Positions 1 through 13,384 of a DNA stretch of 64,000 bases are shown one piece after another. How positions within the stretch are numbered: the stretch's first letter is position 1; every line of letters begins with the position of its first letter. The notes under the pieces are model-generated. The model saw only the letters and a list, made by a program, of their open reading frames with translations. It was not told where the DNA came from and searched no databases. Origin of the DNA: Octopus vulgaris (lineage: Eukaryota); assembly GCA_951406725.2 (NCBI GenBank), contig OX597815.1:125054001-125118000 (forward strand), in the 5' to 3' direction. The translations under genes and the position numbers were made by a program.

Positions 1-776
1 GTTCTAGCTCACTTTCACTGCTTACAACAGTGCTTGGAAGGATCGTGTGTAGCATGTGATCGTCACATTGACCATGACAGAGAAAGTGGTCATGGTGATA
101 CTTACTGAGAGCCTTATGCAAAGTTGCAGAAAGTATAGGGAGAGGAGTGTATGAGCAGTACACAAGTGTATGAGTGATTCAGACGTTTCCAAGATGGCCG
201 GGAAAATGTCGATAGAGATGAACGTTCTGGGAGACCCAAAATTAGCGGAAATGAGAACAACATTGCAGAGGTGCGTGCAGCTACAAGGTGAAATCATTGA
301 ATCACCATCTATTAGTTAGCAGAGGATGTACAGATTAGTTACAGTCCAGTTCAGTCCATTATCACTGAAGATTTGGATATGAGATGCATGTCTATCAAGT
401 TTGTGCCAAAACTGCTTTTAGCTGACCAAAAGGACACTTGGGTTTCAGTTGTACAAGACCTCCTTGATTGTGTCGAGAATGATGAAAACTTTTTGAAAAC
501 ATTGCATGGACCTCTGAGCAGGTTTTGCCAAGCTTTTGGTGAAATTTGATGCAGCTACTCTGCTCAACTTATTCTGTCATGGTCAACACAACGATCACAT
601 GATACACATGTTCCTTCCAAGCACAGTTGTAAACAGTAGAAGTGAGACAGAACATTAAAACTTAATGCACATGCAGAGCAGAGTCCAAGGTCAATCTGTG
701 CCAAGCTGCTTTATTCTGCATACTTTAGCTTTGTTACTAAAGTAAAAGTCCGGATTCTTATTGATCAGATCATGTG
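1..776 (+). mobile_element. Mariner-derived non-autonomous element with long inverted arms (left end runs off the window)
   Basis: + strand decayed transposase N-terminus (YAKLQKV..CMSSTQVYE.FRRFQDGRENVDRDERSGRP; IITEDLDMRCMSIKFVPKLL). 1-80 is the reverse complement of 574-653. Mariner-like TIR end 'cttattgatcagatcatg' near 757-774. Confidence 0.85.
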
Positions 777-1099
777 TGTGTATATATATATATACATATA
801 TAAAATCCCACCCCACACAACTCCACACACTAGCACTGACCATTTCCCAGCACCCACACCACACACCATCATCCACACACTTACACATTACAGATGCACA
901 CACACAGGCAAAATCCACACACATCAAAGTCACTAGCCCCTATCTACACACACACATACTCATATACACACACATGCCTGCACACCTTCGTTTTGGGATC
1001 ATCAATACTTTATTATCTCCCCTTCTTTCTATCTCTTCTGTCAAATCTTTTTTTCCAACCAGTCACCATGCTTGACTGCTAAATCCACAAGTTTTTTTT

Positions 1100-1248
1100 A
1101 TTCTCTCTGTTTATTTTCTCTTATTCCTCTCTGTTGAAGAGCATAGGCTCGAAATGTAAAACACTTTCTCACCATCCCAAGCATCAAACTATTACACTTG
1201 CTTGTTCATACACCTGTCTCCATCTTTTGTTTTTCTGTAAATTTCAAA
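1100..1248 (+). mobile_element. Penelope-like tail repeat with hammerhead-like motif (family H2)
   Basis: ctgttga-a-gagc-atag-gctc-gaaatgta at 1131-1158. Related copies at 19863-19960 and 56545-56685. Confidence 0.6.

Positions 1249-1333
<85 letters not shown>
1249..1333. repeat. (GT)n microsatellite
   Basis: Directly visible. Confidence 0.98.
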
Positions 1334-1337
<4 letters not shown>

Positions 1338-1698
1338 CACACACACACATATATATATCTGTAGTAGTGAATGTATAAGCATGTTAACCAGAGAATAACA
1401 GATACTGGCATAGGTAGGATGGTATTTGGATGAATTTAACAGCAGAAGGATCTTTTGTTTCAAACTTCAAGGTAATGATTTTTTTTAAAATCTGAGGTCA
1501 TATTCCTGTGAGGCTTTCTAAACTAGAAGTGTAGGTGTGGAGAAGTGTTACACCAGAGCCTGCTAATTGAAAAATAAAGATTTAAATAGCTTGTAGTGTC
1601 AGTAATAACATAATAAATTCTGGTCTTTAGTTTTAAGGGTTTCATCTGTCTATCAAATGGTTCAATTCTCAGCTGAAATAGATTCTTTCTTACAAACT

Positions 1699-1699
1699 G

Positions 1700-1731
<32 letters not shown>

Positions 1732-1753
1732 TGTATGTATGTATGTATATATA

Positions 1754-1792
<39 letters not shown>
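1699..1792. repeat. (TATG)n-(TA)n compound microsatellite
   Basis: Directly visible. Confidence 0.97.
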
Positions 1793-1794
<2 letters not shown>

Positions 1795-3641
1795 AATCTT
1801 CAACAATTGTTGAAAAAGCTCTCCTGATCTTGGAATGACACTGAAACAAACCTCTGCATGCAAGACAATAATAAGAGAACTCTTATCTAAGTACCTTATA
1901 AACATGTGTTCATTATTCTTCAATATGCTGTATATTTATTTGTTCCATACAAGTTCACCATTGAAAAATAAAAGATGGTAACACATCAGGTGAAGATGGT
2001 GAGATAACTTTGAGATGAATGTTCTTGGATGGATTATAATACACTATTTCCTGGAGGAGTACCATTTTCACAAATAAATGGAGAAGCAATTTTATTACTT
2101 ATAAGAATATTGTACTGCCTAATGTCAGACCTCATCTGAAGAGCAATTCATATTTATAGGGAACCCAGTGCATGTATGTGGTCTTGCCATTCTACCAAAC
2201 ATATTTTTAATATAGTTCAGTGTATGGATTATAAAAATTAATAATCTGTTGTATTGTGTTCGTCACATTAGGCAAACATTTTAAATTTTTGGGTGCTTTT
2301 ATTTAGTATTGTAAAGTTCATTGGCAACAATAGTGGAAAGTTGGCCGTAAGCTCCATGTAAAGATATAGAATAGTATGTCCTTGAATTCTAAAACAATAA
2401 GAACAAATCTACTAATTGTGCATCAAAATGAAGTAAAAGAAACTACACAATCATAATTTGGGATATTTTTCATGAAATTATTAGCTTTCTTATTGTTACT
2501 CTCAAAGAATATTTCAGTTTATAAGACTGTAGGGAAGCAAGTCACATTTTATTATGATGGTAACAGTTTAGAGACTTCTTTCCGAAATCTCAAAATGTCA
2601 CAGTGAAGACAAGATCTTTGAATTTTCATGAGTCAACAGTAACTTGTACATTGTGATGACATGTCAAAAGAGCACTAACTTGTTTCTAACATTGCCTTCT
2701 TCTTGTTTTAAAGTTTTTCAAATTAAGCAACTATGTATTCTTTATTTATATTTTCTCATTGCCCTTGACTCTTTTTACAAAGTACTTGATATTCTGCCTG
2801 CTGTTCTTCATTAATATTATCACACTTTACTCTATTGATGCCTGTTCCCAAACAATACTTATTTTAGTGCTGTTGACACTCCTAGATTGAATGGTACTGC
2901 CCAAGTATTGAAACCATAATGATATCCATCGGGCAGCTGATGAAGGAGGTATGTTGGATTGTTGGTATGGCTGTTTTTGTATGTGTGGAATAGTATTATA
3001 ACAGATATCTTGATATAATCAGCGTTGATATAATCAGCTTTGTTCACCTTCCATTTTTTTATATAATCAGCTTTGTTCACCTTTTGATATTTCCTCTTTG
3101 TTGATTTTCCTTTTGATACTATTGATATTGTACACGTTTGTGCAAAGTCATGTTGTTGGCTCTTTCTAATCATTGGTTTGGAGTAAAACTTTCTTCAGCT
3201 TCCTGTCTTTGTTCTTTTCTCATCTTTTGCTTTTATTATCTCATTCTTTCTTTTGTTCTTTCGAATAATTATGAAATCAGAATGAAGTTTGTAATGTAAA
3301 ATGTTAGCCTTTTTTTAATGCAAAGTAAAAGTGTTTACTTTATCTAAAGTGAAGGTGAACATGTTTACCTTCGTAAAAAAAAAAAAGAAACATTATTTAC
3401 CTACAAAATTGAATTATTTACTAAGGAAAATGTCTGTTTCCTTAGAAAATGCAATTATAAAAAGATGAGAGTACTCCATTCTGATAGGAAAGTAAATGGT
3501 TGATAGAAGAATGCTTACTAAATGCTATAAAGCATCTAGCAATGATGGAAGTCTGTTGTTGAATTATGCAAAAGAAAATACAGAGAAAGAGGGGCATTGA
3601 TACTCATAGCACGCATTTAGATTCTTATTTGAGTGAATAAA

Positions 3642-3837
3642 CAAGGGGTGCTGAAAAGCTCCCGGTTTTAAGAGTATTGTGAAAGGCCTGGCCGGAGGCC
3701 TGACCTTCCCAGTTCTTTTACAGGGCTTAGAAAAACTGAAAGACTGCTGCAATAATTGTGTGGATCCGAGAGGGGAATATGTTGAATAAAATTATAATTA
3801 ACTGATCCTCTTGTATTTTCTTTTCAGTATCCCCTCA
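3642..3837 (+). mobile_element. Mariner MITE retaining transposase C-terminus
   Basis: Ends 'caaggggtgctgaaaag' / 'cttttcagtatcccctca-ta'. Encodes QGLEKLKDCCNNCVDPRGEYVE*, the mariner C-terminal motif. Paralog at 20054-20270. Confidence 0.85.
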
Positions 3838-4752
3838 TAAGCGATGCTGTAGATTTTCTCACAGATGGTTTTAAATAATTAAGATATCATTTGTATGAAA
3901 CATTTTTCCTTCTTGTTTTGGTACCTAAATTATATTCATGATCACAAGTTCTACAAATGTCAGCAGTAGTGGTTTCAATTTCAGAATCTAAGTGACTCTG
4001 GTCAATGCCATCAATATGATTCTATCTTCATACATCTAATGAGTTTCACCATGATCATTGCTTAATTGGTTCCTCTACTAAAATGGTACACCAGCCTAAC
4101 TGCTCTCCAGAAGAAAATTCACATCAGAATATATCTTTGGGTTGTAGGAATACACAAACCCAATTAACATGAGAATCACTAATGACAAGCTCAACCTGAT
4201 GATACATTTTCACTTTTTGATTCTCTTTGAGGAGACAGTTTTTAATTGTTTTTGAAGCGTAACAAATGAATAAATACAGTGACAGGCATAATAATAATAA
4301 TACAGATTAAGAAAATTAACATTTCACTCACCAGTCATATTATAAACATATATTGTACTCTTTGCATTAATCATTGGGATTAAAAATATCTACCATGTCA
4401 CTAATAAGCAAGAAGATATCTACCACTTCACTAACAGCAAGCTGGGCAATTTTAAAAGTGGATTTAGTAGTTAAAAAATAAATAAGTTGTACTAAAAATG
4501 CATCAAATCTCTACAACACTAATGAAAAACATCATAGAAAATGTGAGGTGAATACACAAAATAAAATACATAGCTCCATACACTTTTAGAACTTAAAGAG
4601 GTATGTCAGGGGCAAATTATTAAATAGACACATCTGATACTTTCACCCAGTTTAAACTTATTACACTGTGAAAAAAATGAACCATTGTAATGCTTACATG
4701 AAGCAATTGTTCCTCAAAGGCCTCAAACATCCTGCTAATTTTGATAAATATT

Positions 4753-4966
4753 CTTTTCTACTCTAGGCACAAGGCCCGAAATTTTGGGGAGGGGGCCAGT
4801 CAATTAGATCGACCCCAGTACGCAACTGGTGCTTAATTTATTGACCCCAAAAGGATGAAAGGCAAAGTCGACCTCGGTGGAATTTGAACTCAGAATGTAA
4901 AGACAGACGAAATACTGCTAAGCATTTCACCCAGCATGCTAATGTTTCTGCCAACTCGTCACCTTA
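4753..4966 (-). mobile_element. tRNA-derived SINE, family A
   Basis: Minus-strand A/B-box-like head (gagttggcagaa, gagttcaaattcc), central gtcgactttgcctttcatcc. Perfect 18-bp TSD ctaattttgataaatatt at 4735-4752 and 4967-4984. Confidence 0.92.
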
Positions 4967-6424
4967 CTAATTTTGATAAATATTATCATACCTTGGGTCA
5001 ATCAACTATAAAAGTTTGGTAAGGTTGGGTTGACATTTGATATATAAAGCTGTTGATTCACATTCTAACCCTGATAGATAATATCATAATTGAATGTATA
5101 CTGCAGGGAAAAGGGATATAGATTAGCAGCAGAGAAAATTATATTGTCAAATACTTCTTCATCTATGTGTTGCATATATAACCCATGAGAGAAAAAAAAA
5201 ATTTAATGAAATGCTAAATTCCTAGATATTATTGCTGGATAATATTATGACAATAAAGCAAACAAAGTATTTAGCTATGCACACATTTTATCTCAATGTT
5301 TGGATTACCCAAAGAATTTAGTTTCAGCTTTCCTTTCCTATAAAGCTGCTTATATGGCTACACCTGAAAATCCCATTAGATAAAACAATGTAGAAGTTTT
5401 CAGCAAACAAAGAAAATAAGGTATTTGGTTAATGATATTTCCTTTGCTATTTCATGTTTGTTACTTTAAATCTTGATGAGATCAAATAAAATTAATACCA
5501 GTAATATGCTAGTAAAATACTAGGGCCAATTTGATTTCTACGGTTAATCAAAACAGGGCCCTGCACAAAAACCGAATGAAACTTAGATAGCTAGACACCC
5601 TTCCTAACACCAAACACTTTACTAAGTGTATCGTGTATAGTCTATCACAGCATCAACACTAAAGAATGCCATGCTTCCAACAACATAGGACTAAAGGGTC
5701 CTGTAGAACACGTGTTGTATTTGCTTGATTGTAAATCACTTTACAGTGAAATATTCTATCATGTTACCAGTACTCATGCAGTAGCCTTGTTCCCTATAAG
5801 GGCAAAAGGCAAATTCTCACAAATGTTGGTGCTATAGTAAAGAAAGAATTAATGTTGTTGGAAATGACAAGTAGATTGTTAATGTACAGACAGAAGATTT
5901 TGGACATCAGAACCAAAGTTTTAAGCACATCAGATTGTATGGGATATGGAGATCAAAGGAGTTATACCATACACTGTAATGAAACCATTTGACAAAGACA
6001 TTTCTTATCAAAGAGACGAAAACCAGATGTAGCAGATAGGTAGGCAACTTAATAACCCAATGCTTATACAAGACAATGATGAAAATTCTGAGATCTGAAG
6101 CCATCTTCAACATTTCAAAACATTATTAATATGTATTTAAGCCATAAACTACTTACAAGCAGAACATCTGCATAAAGTTCATATGTGGCCCTATGGTGAA
6201 TATCTTCCACAGCTTTAACTGCTAGTTTTGATTGACCATTGAACCTAGTAAAGAAAAATAAGATCACAAAACTATTAGGTGACATTTCAATGAATTGTAA
6301 TGAATTTTGAACTAATTGTGATACAGGGAAGACAAATGAAAGGAAAAGAACAAATAAACAAAAACAAAGATGCAAAAAGCTGAAAGTTCAATAACAAAAC
6401 ACAAATTAAATCTGATTAATATAC

Positions 6425-6985
6425 CAGTGGTTTGCAACCTTTTTATAGCTCAGTGACCCCTTTCACTAAATGGTGTTTTACAAATGTCTCTTCCTCATGT
6501 TTTGCTAAAAAAAAAAAAAAGAAAAAGAAAAAAAAAAGGAAAAAAACTATCTAAACTCTCTCAAGAAATAGTTGAATTAGTTTAATCAAACAGAAGTGAA
6601 TTTTGTACAGTTGTTTATTATTCATAATTTCTTCTAGTATACTATCTAGTTTGTGCCTCTTTTCAGAAATTTGTATGGATCAAAACCGTCACATGCACAC
6701 ATGTTAAATTTTTGTGGAACTTACTTCAGAAGGTAATAACTTGCATAATGTAATTATATTGGTGCACCATCAGTCATGATTCTGTGCACCAAAACACAGT
6801 GACTTATTCATATTTTAATCCAGACAAAGATTTCTTTGAAAATATTTTAAAGTATAAGTATACAAACTGGTTGAAATATTTCATTTCTAAAAACAATCAT
6901 ATCCTCTCTGAAAACCCGGTATCCCTCTATAGCCAACCACAATAATACCTCAAGGAGGGGCTTAGACCCAGGTTAAGGACCGCTA
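6425..6985. mobile_element. Old hAT-like (Charlie-type) non-autonomous element
   Basis: Degenerate TIRs 'cagtggtttgcaacct' and 'aggttaaggaccgcta'. No clear 8-bp TSD. Confidence 0.4.
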
Positions 6986-7599
6986 CTATAAACAAATACT
7001 TTAAATCAAAACCATCTTTATTTTCTCAGTTACATTATTTCCAACAAATCTGACGAACAAACAATATTGGTGATAAATTCGTTAAAGTGCTTGATTTTTT
7101 GCCCCTTCCACACACTATATACATCCAATGACGTTATATTTCTTTGTTTCAACACAGAAATAAGCAAACCAGCTACTTTATCAGCACTAGAATAATGTGT
7201 CATGGGGGAAACATATTCAGTCACAAAGTCATGGTGAAAGAAATGCTATAATTATTTAAGCTTGTCAATCCTTCCCGTTCTTATCACACAGAAAAATGCA
7301 CATGAAATTTTGATGATGATATTTTGGTAATTTTGATATGTATGATACAAGGAGAGTGTAGAAAATAGAGATGCATTGCAATAACAACACTATGTTAATT
7401 ATAGTAATTCTTATTCATTTTCTACAAACCACCAAATGTCTCACCTTAGTGATACTATAATTCATTAAATAATACTTATTCTTTCAAAGGTAGGTGGTGT
7501 ATGGGTTTGAAATGAACAGTAACTCATACACAAAAAAAAAAATAAGTTTAACATTACAACAATATTGAAGCAGGGTTTGTGTGGTAGAAAATGCTTATG

Positions 7600-8030
7600 T
7601 TCATGCTCATATGTTCATGCTTCTAAAGTCAAATATGTAATTCATTGCTATAGAAATGGTGTTATATAGATACATTCCTTTGAGTGCTATGCATGGTGAG
7701 AGCAGATAAATGCATTAAGGTAAAAAAAAAACCCAAAAAAACAGGAACTGACAGAAGATAAGATACAGTGAATTAATTTTTTTATTCAGTTTAAGTGTGT
7801 GTTCTAAATTAAATACAAGTGGAATGTAAGTGGATAAATAGCCAATTCTAAAGTGCTGCTCTATTGGGTTACAGTTGAAAAAGAGTAAGGTAAAGGTTTA
7901 CTACTGTCCTAAAAAACTAAGACAATGATTCTTTATATAGCCAAACTATCTGAAAGAATATTGAATTCCCAAAAGTCCAATAAACATGGAAAACTGTGAA
8001 GAACCAAAATTTCATCTGCTTGCATGACAT
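7600..8030 (+). repeat. Diverged direct duplicate, copy 1 (partner 9150-9620)
   Basis: Collinear shared blocks: taaagtcaaatatgtaattca, ggtgagag, agatacagtgaa, ttacagttgaaa, tttatatagcc, aaccaaaa. Confidence 0.8.
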
Positions 8031-8259
8031 CACCATATTAGCCTCCTAAATTGCTAGGAAATGAATTCAATGAGGCTCGATAGAAAACCAAAAGGTAGTA
8101 AAAGCTAAACTCAAAAATGTGAATGCTACAGATAATGAATAGTTAACATACAACATGTACTTCTCAAGCAAAATGTGGATCTTCATGATATGTGCATGCA
8201 TATGTACAAAATGCAAGTGAGTCTGCATGATGTGCATACAAGGTACAAGTGAGTCTGCA

Positions 8260-8261
<2 letters not shown>

Positions 8262-8317
<56 letters not shown>

Positions 8318-8325
8318 ATGTGTGT
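8262..8325. repeat. (GT)n microsatellite
   Basis: Directly visible. Confidence 0.97.
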
Positions 8326-9149
8326 GCACGCTTTCAAACAAGTGAGTTTGTAAAAAGTGAATAAGCGATGGTATTAAAGTATTAGTATACATTCCTATTT
8401 AGTTAAGTTCTAGAGAAAACTGAGCCAGTTAGTAAAGTGAAGTAGTTGGTTATGAAATTCTATGCAGTAAAATTATAGTAACTAATATTAAGCTCACAAT
8501 ATTCTCTGCTAAGATTGATTTAAGTTACCTGGTAATTGCATAATCTAAATTGACACTCCATAGCTGGTGTGTACTGTCTCTGGCTGAAGCAAATAAATAA
8601 TTAGCTAAAACACATAGTCTTTGGCATTATGTTGAGTGTCAAGAGCAAAGGGCTCAAACATGAAAACAGAAAGCCAGATTATTAGGCCAGACAAGGAGTA
8701 ACCTTAAGTTTACTGTCAACTGAAAAAAAAAAAAAAATGTAGTCTGAGACATTGAGGTGATAGTAGTAAGTCAGAATACAAATTGTGAAGATTTCATAGC
8801 TATTATCAGAAAGAAGTCTATTTGATTAAATGTTGAGATCAATAATGCATTCATATCAAAATGCACCTGGAAACACAAACTGAGTTGTTCAATCATGTCA
8901 GTAGTTACTAATATAGGAAATATAGATACTCAGAGATAATAGCAATAAATGAATTATAATAGTTCTCTTTTATTTTCTAAGTACCAACAGAAGAGTAGAT
9001 CTCTTCCAATCAAAGTGATACTACAATCCAAAGTACTTAAACAGTTCTTCTTAAGGTCGTGATTTACAGTAATTCAAGCACAGAAAAATAAGTTTCAAAT
9101 TACAACCTTAATAAAAGCATATGTTGCAGAAAATCCTTATACACTTATA

Positions 9150-9620
9150 TATATGTTTATATTTGTAAAGTCAAATGTGTAATTCAATGTTCTAGAAATA
9201 CTGTTACACATATGTTTTTGAACTTAAGAGTTTCTTTTGAGTGACACATTATCAGGTGAGAGAGATAATGACACTAAGGTAAACAAAAAAGGAAATATTA
9301 TAACTGATACAGGAAACTGAGAGAGTATGAGATACAGTGAACTGATGCCATGTCCAGCTTCAATATGCCTTTTCATTTAAGACAGCCAAAATATGAAGGA
9401 ACAAATGGTACTCTGTTCCATGGTGCTACTCTGGTGGATTACAGTTGAAAGGGAGTAAAATAAAAGCACAAAACAACAAAAGATAGAAAAAAAATTTGAG
9501 GTAATTTCTTTTTAGTTCTGTTTTATATAGCCCAAATAGCTGAGCAAATACTAGATTCTTACTGGTCCAGTAAATTGGTGAAAAACTGGACAACCAAAAC
9601 TTTCTCTGGACTTGTATTGC
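9150..9620 (+). repeat. Diverged direct duplicate, copy 2 (partner 7600-8030)
   Basis: Same collinear blocks as copy 1. Confidence 0.8.
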
Positions 9621-9789
9621 TTCAAATTCTGAATAAACCCTCAATATCGTAGAATCAACTGGTACTGGTGGTGGCAACTATTACTACTGTAACCACCATC
9701 ACCACCTTAGATATTACAACCACAGCAATGATATATTAATAGTAAAAGTAATAGTAGCAGCAGTATTAGTATTAGCAGTTCAACACAAG

Positions 9790-10340
9790 TTTTTCCTGGT
9801 GGCAGGATAAAACTCCTAATACAACTGTGCTTGAAAGAGCAAATATGTGAAGCATGTATGCTTTCTTGAGCAAATTCCAGCTGCAGTGGAGTAGACATAT
9901 AGCATGCATGCCCAACTCCAGACTTCCTAAACAGATCTTCTTTTGGTGAACTAACAGTTGACTCTCAAGTCCATGGTAGACCAAAGAAGAGATACAAGGA
10001 CACACTGAAGACAATCTTGGAAAATTGTAGCATAGAGCACCTTACGCAGTCTATTTGCAACCATCTTGCTCAGGATCATAGTGATATGTATTCTGGAGTA
10101 CAGTACTCTGAATCTGCTATGGCCAGAGAAGCTAAAGATAGAAAGGCTGCAGAGAAAAACAAGAGCCCACTGAATCCTGACTCTGATACTACATGCCCCC
10201 CCCCCCCCATTGTAACTATAAATTCCATGTTAAATTGACCTAATAAGCCACCTGAGGACCCACAAAGAGCAAAGTGGATAACCTGGTCATCTTGAGATAC
10301 AGGACAAACTTAATCATCATCGTCATCATCCTCATCATCA
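9790..10340 (+). mobile_element. RTE/BovB-type LINE 3' fragment
   Basis: Translates to WSRHIACMPNSRLPKQIF/GELTVDSQVHGRPKKRYKDTLK and a C-terminal CPHC...LISHLRTH zinc finger interrupted by a poly-C expansion. (CAT)n tail. Confidence 0.85.
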
Positions 10341-10639
10341 GTAGTAGTAGTCCAATATTTACAAGCTATTATTTATAGTTTTATATGTACTTTGAAATGC
10401 AGTTCCAAACAAGAAGAATTATTTCATGTCCTCTCAAAAATTTATAAAAATAAAGCTATAAAGATTAAGAGAAGGCTTGGAAAGACTGGAAGATCAGCAA
10501 AGTCACTAAAAGAGAACTTAGATATAAGATATACTCAGGAGAGGAGATGCCAAAAAGCATGTTGTTTGCCAGCGTTCTTTGATTTGGGGATCAAGGTGCA
10601 AGGTTTCTAGATTATAAAGCAGCTTACAAGAGAACTATC

Positions 10640-12380
10640 AAAATAATGTTGGGGAGAAGAGCAAATGAAATGATAAAAACAACTTGTTTTTACTGATGCT
10701 GAGAGAGGCAGAGAAATGCAATTATGAGGTTGCTGAATGAGAAAAATGCATGGGAGAAAGAGGAGCTTCTCCAAACTGGAAGCATTATTAAGGATGTGAA
10801 GACAAACTAACAGGACCATCAAGATCAATAGGGAAGTAGAAGCATTGTCACCTACTACTTGGGCAAAAAGATGATCTAGAGAGAAGCAATAATAGAGGAA
10901 GAAAACTGTTGGACCAGGTAATGAAAATTCCTGAAAGAGTTCTAGCAAAATTAGCCTCAGTCCTTCACAGGGTTCCATGCTCTGTGATATGGTGATATTA
11001 GGCACAATCAACAGGTAAGGGTTAGTAATGAGTTCAATAATGAATTCAGTATGTCAGTACAGATCAATCAGCACTCAGTTTTCAGCTCCAGTTTCTTATA
11101 GTTCTACATACCATAAAAGAGTTTAAGATTGGCTTTCCAGAGTAACTCGTAGATTTAATAGACTTGGAAACAAACCTGAAACCAAGAGACTGCAAAGTAA
11201 ACTTAGCAATGACTAAAGTTTAAGTAAGTAGGAGAGAAGACAGGACTCTACAGGTAAGAGGGAAATGATTATGTCCAATATGCAGAAAAAGAGTAGATAG
11301 AAATTCCATACTGAGTGTACAATATAGATGCACAAGTGGTGTAGTAGGACCAGTGGCAGGTTGACTGTCAAAACATATTTTGTATGTAACAGATGCACAA
11401 GTGCAATTGGGAGTAAGAATTCATGCAAAAGAAATTCTTTCAAATCTCATAAGGCTCATTATAAGTAGTTGATAGCTTTGTAACCTTGGGAACCTAATTA
11501 GCAATGGAGGAATGGGGTGTAGTGAAAGTATTACAGTCCAAGTAAGAATGGCAGCGAGAAAGATCATAAAGCTATTAACTCTGGAGGCAATTCTCTCCAC
11601 CCTCTTTTTATTCTGGCTATTACTGAATAAGAACAAGGAAGAGAGAATTTCCTTTTGTACATATATATTATAAAAATCTGTTCTTTTCATTATCAGAGGG
11701 AAGGGCAGACTGTATGATGCATGTGTACAAAGCATAATGCTGCATAGCAGCAACACATGGACCTTGAATAAAGAAGATTAGCAAATAGAAAGAAATTAAT
11801 GAAATATACTTCACAACATGTAATGTTAATGCAGCTGAATGGTAGAGTAATAAGGTGCTGACAGAAAAACAGGGTATCAGAGGAATCAGTTAGAGTAGGC
11901 AAAAGAGAAGACTGCTTCTTACTGATGCTGAAAACAAAGTGGCATGGAAATGTTGTGACAAGACATTGATGGAAGAGGAGAATGCATGAGAGAGTGAGGA
12001 AAGGGCTATCCCATGTAGGCCTCTATTCAAAGGATCAACGACTAAAGTTAGAGCTTATGGTAGAAAGCACAATTAGGGATATGAAAGCAGACAAGGTAGC
12101 TGGACAATCAAAGATAGTTACTGAAGTATTTCAAATATCTGGTGAAATTGATCATGTTTTAGTCACATGCATATTCAGTAAATGACTGATGAAGCTATAT
12201 TGTCATTAAATAATACAAGGATGAAGTTAACCTACAAAGAGACAAATAACTGAGGCATCATATAGTTGAACCAGTATATAAAATTTACTGAGAAAGTTAT
12301 AGCTCAATTGATTAGGAAAAGAATTAGCCAAGAGGTAATTTAAATTTATGCCAGGATAAGACACTACTAATGCACTCAAG
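10640..12380 (+). mobile_element. Cluster of highly decayed RTE LINE fragments
   Basis: Similar to the reverse complement of parts of the 16141-19560 element (11160-11900 to its post-RT region; 11900-12380 and 10680-10850 to its EN-RT linker, e.g. IRDMKADKVAGQSKIVTEVFQISG). Confidence 0.7.
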
Positions 12381-13340
12381 AAAGTTTTAACAATGAGAAG
12401 TCATTTTTCACATACACTGACAAAAGGAATTTTACAATATTTGCAAACCACTACAGGAAAATAGGAGACACAATTATTGAGTTCAGTATTAAATAAAGGG
12501 TTTTTGAAAAAGCAAAATCATGCACAAATGGATCAAAGAAATGCAGGCTTTGTACAGCAGAAAGAATACACATCCTGCTGAAATCAATGAGCTCCAGTAA
12601 CTTCTGAATTCAAGAAAGGAAATATTTGTAAGGTGTACCTATGTAAATAAATTCAATTTGTGCAATGGGAAAATAACATCAATGCCGTATTAATAGTGCC
12701 ACCCAACAAAGATCAAGCTAGGCATATCCTTCACATTTTACTTCTTTTCTTCTTTCAACCTTCTCAATATTTAAATTTCACTGCACACATATCAGCATCC
12801 CTATATAGTAACACTTCCACTTTTACTTTAGTAAACCTTTTAGACAGACAATAAACTTAACATTCTACTTACAACTTTCTTTCTCCTACTCTCAACAGCA
12901 CATAATCAATGTACAATTTTCAGACACACTTTTAACATGAATCTTTGTTGACATTCAAAGGACCCATCCAATTAAAGATCTAATAGGTACTACTAAGCAG
13001 AAGGCTTCATTTTATACAGCAATAATAGTTATTGACAATCACAGGGAAGCAACTTAGGATTAAGTAAATCTCAGTTATTGTCCCTGTCATATTGTCTCTT
13101 CTTCCAATACTTCATATATTATCAGCCATTATGTGGTTTATGCCAAGTTAACCTGATGAACAAAAAAAGAAGGGAGGCTCTGGGTCTCTACCCAAACCAA
13201 ATGAAATATCTCCACTTGAACATGAAAACAAAGAAGCCATCAGAAAGAAACCAGTTATATAGCTAGATGAAAGAAAACAAAAATATTCATCTCTCAAATG
13301 AGTTGGGTGTTTTCATTTGGTGAACCTACCAACAGATGAA

Positions 13341-13384
<44 letters not shown>

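Noticed and set aside
691-1923. ORFs rich in CV/HT/YI repeats (also 8183, 34592-34894, 55497-56620, 60317-60728, 61521-61814)
   Set aside because: They are translations of (GT)n, (CA)n, (TA)n or (AAT)n microsatellites and SINE sequence.
2990-3085. Repeated atataatcagctttgttcacctt giving KVNKADYI twice in ORF 2859-3173
   Set aside because: Simple local tandem duplication with no splice signals or domain support.
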